Source: a virus
Virus record (IMG/VR): IMGVR_UViG_3300034954_001540
Span: 1-64,000 of that record
Length of the DNA stretch: 64,000 nucleotides
Direction: 5' to 3' (one strand)
Below, piece after piece: positions 61,381-64,000 of the stretch (its first letter is position 1; each line of letters begins with the position of its first letter). The translations under genes were made by a program, and so were the position numbers. The notes under the pieces were generated by a model that saw only the letters and a program-made list of their open reading frames with translations, searched no databases and was not told the origin of the DNA.

Positions 61381-62695
61381 GGGCATTGTTATCTTCGGAG
61401 CAACGGGAGACCTATGCAAGAAGAAACTAATCCCCGCACTATACAAACTCTGGCAGAAGGAATTGCTGCCAGAGAATTTTCTTATCACTGGAAGTGCTAG
61501 GAGAGAGCCTACTACACAGATGTGGAAGGAATCTCTTGGTGACTATCCAGATGATTTTTTACAGAATTTAGACTACCAATGTGCTGATCTGGAGAATGTA
61601 GAGTCTCTTAGGAATCTCCCAGCATACATTGATGACATGACATATTTCCTCTCAGTCCCACCTGAGAGATATGCTGCAGCAATTCAAAATCTAAAGGAGG
61701 CAGGTTGCCTTGAAGACCCAGAAAGATCCCGTGTGGTTGTGGAGAAACCCTTTGGGCACGATTATAAATCTGCTCATCATCTACAGTCAGTGGTGGAGCG
61801 ACATCTACGCGAAAAACAAATTTATCGCATTGACCATTATCTCGGTAAAGATACTGTTAATAACATTATCACCACTCGCTTTGGTAATATTCTACTGGAG
61901 CCGCTATGGAATAGGGACTATGTAGAAGAGATTCAGATCTTTGCATCCGAGACAATCGGATGTGAGGGTAGATCACAATACTATGAAACCGCAGGTGCAG
62001 TAAGGGACATGCTGCAAAACCATATCCTGCAAGTGTTGGCACTCATTGCCATGGAGCCACCTGTCAAAATGAATGCTAGGGAACTCAGACGTGAGAAGAC
62101 AAAACTATTGTCCGCAACTAGACTTTCCACAGATGTTATCTTAGGTCAATATGAATCCTATAAATCTGAAGACGGTGTTGATCCTAGGAGTCACACTCCT
62201 ACCTATTTTGCTGGCACTCTATTCATCGATAACTGGCGTTGGTCGGGAGTACCTTTTCGTGTCATGACAGGTAAGCAACTACCCTATGCATGTGTTGAGG
62301 TAGTTGTTAAACTCAAGACACCCACTATTCAACTGTACGAGGGGGAGCATGGAGATCGCATTGTCATTAGGCTTCAGCCTAATCCTCATCTGGATATTCG
62401 CATGGATATGAAAACGCCAGGTTTGACAAACTTAGTTGAGCACGCTACACTTACCTATGATTACCCTCAAGAGAGGGCGATTGATGGTTATGAAAAACTG
62501 CTCTACGACGCTATCGAAGGAGATCAAAGTCACTTTATCCATGCTGATGAGGTCATGGAGTCATGGCGCATCGTTGATGATCTTCTTTGCACTGGTGATT
62601 CTTGTCCTATTCGTACAACCCCTTATCTATATAAAGGAGGATGGGGTCCACAATACAAAGTAGATTTCATTACCAACTGGGATTATCCACAATGA
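61355..62695 (+). CDS. zwf: glucose-6-phosphate 1-dehydrogenase
   Basis: Likely start is the ATG at 61355. IFGATGDL, EKPFG, RIDHYLGK and RDMLQNH. Confidence 0.97.
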   Translation: MTETAPLTRGIVIFGATGDLCKKKLIPALYKLWQKELLPENFLITGSARREPTTQMWKESLGDYPDDFLQNLDYQCADLENVESLRNLPAYIDDMTYFLSVPPERYAAAIQNLKEAGCLEDPERSRVVVEKPFGHDYKSAHHLQSVVERHLREKQIYRIDHYLGKDTVNNIITTRFGNILLEPLWNRDYVEEIQIFASETIGCEGRSQYYETAGAVRDMLQNHILQVLALIAMEPPVKMNARELRREKTKLLSATRLSTDVILGQYESYKSEDGVDPRSHTPTYFAGTLFIDNWRWSGVPFRVMTGKQLPYACVEVVVKLKTPTIQLYEGEHGDRIVIRLQPNPHLDIRMDMKTPGLTNLVEHATLTYDYPQERAIDGYEKLLYDAIEGDQSHFIHADEVMESWRIVDDLLCTGDSCPIRTTPYLYKGGWGPQYKVDFITNWDYPQ

Positions 62696-62892
62696 GAAAC
62701 GAAATTCTTACTGCTCTCAGGACAGACGCTGAGGGCAACATTCAAAAAGCAAGACTCAACATTGAGATCTATCTAAAAAATCCTGTAGGTATCGGTGAGC
62801 ATCCCGATGTCCTCGGTGCTATTCAAGAGCAACTGGATATCATTGCCCACGAGCAAGAGCGCATTGATATGCTGCAGAAATACTTCTCATGA
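62692..62892 (+). CDS. conserved phage hypothetical protein
   Basis: ATG at 62692. NIEIYLKNPVGIGEHPD. Confidence 0.75.
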   Translation: MRNEILTALRTDAEGNIQKARLNIEIYLKNPVGIGEHPDVLGAIQEQLDIIAHEQERIDMLQKYFS

Positions 62893-63059
62893 ATTTCTTC
62901 CATGCTGCAGGACACTTCTCTGCTTGGGTCCTAAATACTTGGTGGACTATGGCAATTCTAGGATGGTCATTGGTCTTCGTGCCTATCATAGGTATGCATC
63001 TTGTCCACAAGTATGGGTGGGAGCATTGGCAACCCTTCACTAAAAAGCATGGAAAATGA
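62889..63059 (+). CDS. small membrane protein (56 aa)
   Basis: Not in the ORF track. Reads MNFFHAAGHFSAWVLN...LVFVPIIGM-x-LVHKYGWEHWQPF, with an ATGA overlap. Confidence 0.65.
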   Translation: MNFFHAAGHFSAWVLNTWWTMAILGWSLVFVPIIGMHLVHKYGWEHWQPFTKKHGK

Positions 63060-63258
63060 AGAGAGTAGTTTCGGCTACGAGTGGACTATACAGGACATAT
63101 ATCTCCTGTACCACTGTGTATGCGAAACGATTAGGATGTGGCCAGGGGCACCTGCTCGACCAGCAGAAGAGCAGGAGCATCTGAGAATATTGAGAGACGA
63201 GCTATATAAGGGAGTATTAGACTACAAATTTCACCACATGGATGTTGATGAAAAATGA
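63049..63258 (+). CDS. hypothetical protein
   Basis: ATG at 63049. WPGAPARPAEEQEHL. Confidence 0.65.
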   Translation: MENEESSFGYEWTIQDIYLLYHCVCETIRMWPGAPARPAEEQEHLRILRDELYKGVLDYKFHHMDVDEK

Positions 63259-63461
63259 GTGCAAAACTTCTCCTATGTCTAGCACCTCTTGGTATAATTT
63301 TTATTATGATGAAACTTGCTGTTTGGTTGAGTGCCGTTAATGAGGAATCTAATTATGTCATTAGAGAACCTTTACGAAAGCGAGGACCCTTCGTGGCAAA
63401 TCCATATGAGGATGTTGACCAAGAGGAAGAGGAATATGGAGATCGCACAGACTATAGATAA
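63255..63461 (+). CDS. small membrane protein
   Basis: N-terminal hydrophobic helix, acidic tail and coupled start. Confidence 0.6.
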   Translation: MSAKLLLCLAPLGIIFIMMKLAVWLSAVNEESNYVIREPLRKRGPFVANPYEDVDQEEEEYGDRTDYR

Positions 63462-63582
63462 GGCACTCAAGGAGTGGTATGGTGAAAGGGGACTTGATGT
63501 GCCCGAGTGGAAGCAATGTAGAAATCCACAATGGTGGACTGACTACCTAAAAGAATTAGGAATAGATCCCCAAAATCCGTGA
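63436..63582 (+). CDS. small hypothetical protein
   Basis: ATG at 63436 after GAGG. VPEWK...PQWWTDYLKELGIDP. Confidence 0.55.
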   Translation: MEIAQTIDKALKEWYGERGLDVPEWKQCRNPQWWTDYLKELGIDPQNP

Positions 63583-63785
63583 ATTTATTTTTACGTCCAT
63601 TAGAAGATTACAATGACCCCACTTGGAGCATAATTATCATGCTGATAATGCTCCTTGCTGGGGTATTATATGTTGTTGTCTATATACTAGGTATAGATGA
63701 GCGAGAATCACATGGGAGCCATGACACCCCCGAGCAGGAAGAGCTGCTACACATTCCGAGTGACGGAGATCAATCGTGTTCTTGA
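63579..63785 (+). CDS. small membrane protein
   Basis: GTG start. MNLFLRPL...DPTWSII followed by a transmembrane helix. Confidence 0.55.
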   Translation: MNLFLRPLEDYNDPTWSIIIMLIMLLAGVLYVVVYILGIDERESHGSHDTPEQEELLHIPSDGDQSCS

Positions 63786-64000
63786 CGGCGATACTATTGA
63801 TGTCACCATTGATCTTGGGTTTGACTTATACAAGAAAGAAAGAGTTAGAGTTGCAGGCGTTGATACGCCAGAAAAAAGGACAAGGGATCTCGAAGAAAAG
63901 GAGTTAGGCATTGACGCAACCAACTGGCTCAAAGAAAAACTGGAAGGTGCCATTTCTGGTGACGATGACCTTGTTATTAGGACTGAACTTGTTGGCGGGG
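63712..64000 (+). CDS. thermonuclease (staphylococcal nuclease-like), truncated by window end
   Basis: Not in the ORF track. Reads MGAMTPPSRKSCY...RVLDGDTIDV-x-IDLGF...RVRVAGVDTPE, carrying the DGDT and R-x-x-G-x-DTPE catalytic motifs. Confidence 0.9.
   Translation, partial: MGAMTPPSRKSCYTFRVTEINRVLDGDTIDVTIDLGFDLYKKERVRVAGVDTPEKRTRDLEEKELGIDATNWLKEKLEGAISGDDDLVIRTELVGG

Noticed and set aside
1-64000. tRNA, CRISPR array, intron, intein or homing endonuclease
   Set aside because: Intergenic gaps are too short for such elements. I saw no spaced direct repeats, and no LAGLIDADG, HNH, GIY-YIG or intein motifs in the translations.

Overview
This window is the virion-structural module of a large T4-like cyanomyovirus (marine Synechococcus/Prochlorococcus phage type; host inferred from its metabolic genes). 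All credible genes are on the + strand. Gene order: Cys-rich structural protein, PAAR-like spike tip, gp25, gp6, a giant 7295-aa gp7-position protein, a YHYH protein, a gp9/10-like protein, gp8, a VrlC-like protein, a 2334-aa fibre, gp13, gp14, gp15 and gp16. After gp16 comes a variable island with Lys-rich putative capsid-internal proteins, a coupled petE-talC-PTOX-gnd-zwf cluster, small ORFs and a truncated thermonuclease. (A/C)TAAATA late-promoter motifs precede several genes. Four observations stand out, all from reading by eye and none confirmed by a search. (1) Six or seven phycobiliprotein-like helical domains, four with an intact Cys-x-Arg-Asp bilin-site motif, are nested inside the giant baseplate protein. 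(2) A SAM-lyase-like module ends a putative protease-processed capsid-internal polyprotein. (3) GAAC, GTTC and GTAC are strongly avoided while GATC is kept. (4) A baseplate protein ends in a domain with a full type-1 copper ligand set.
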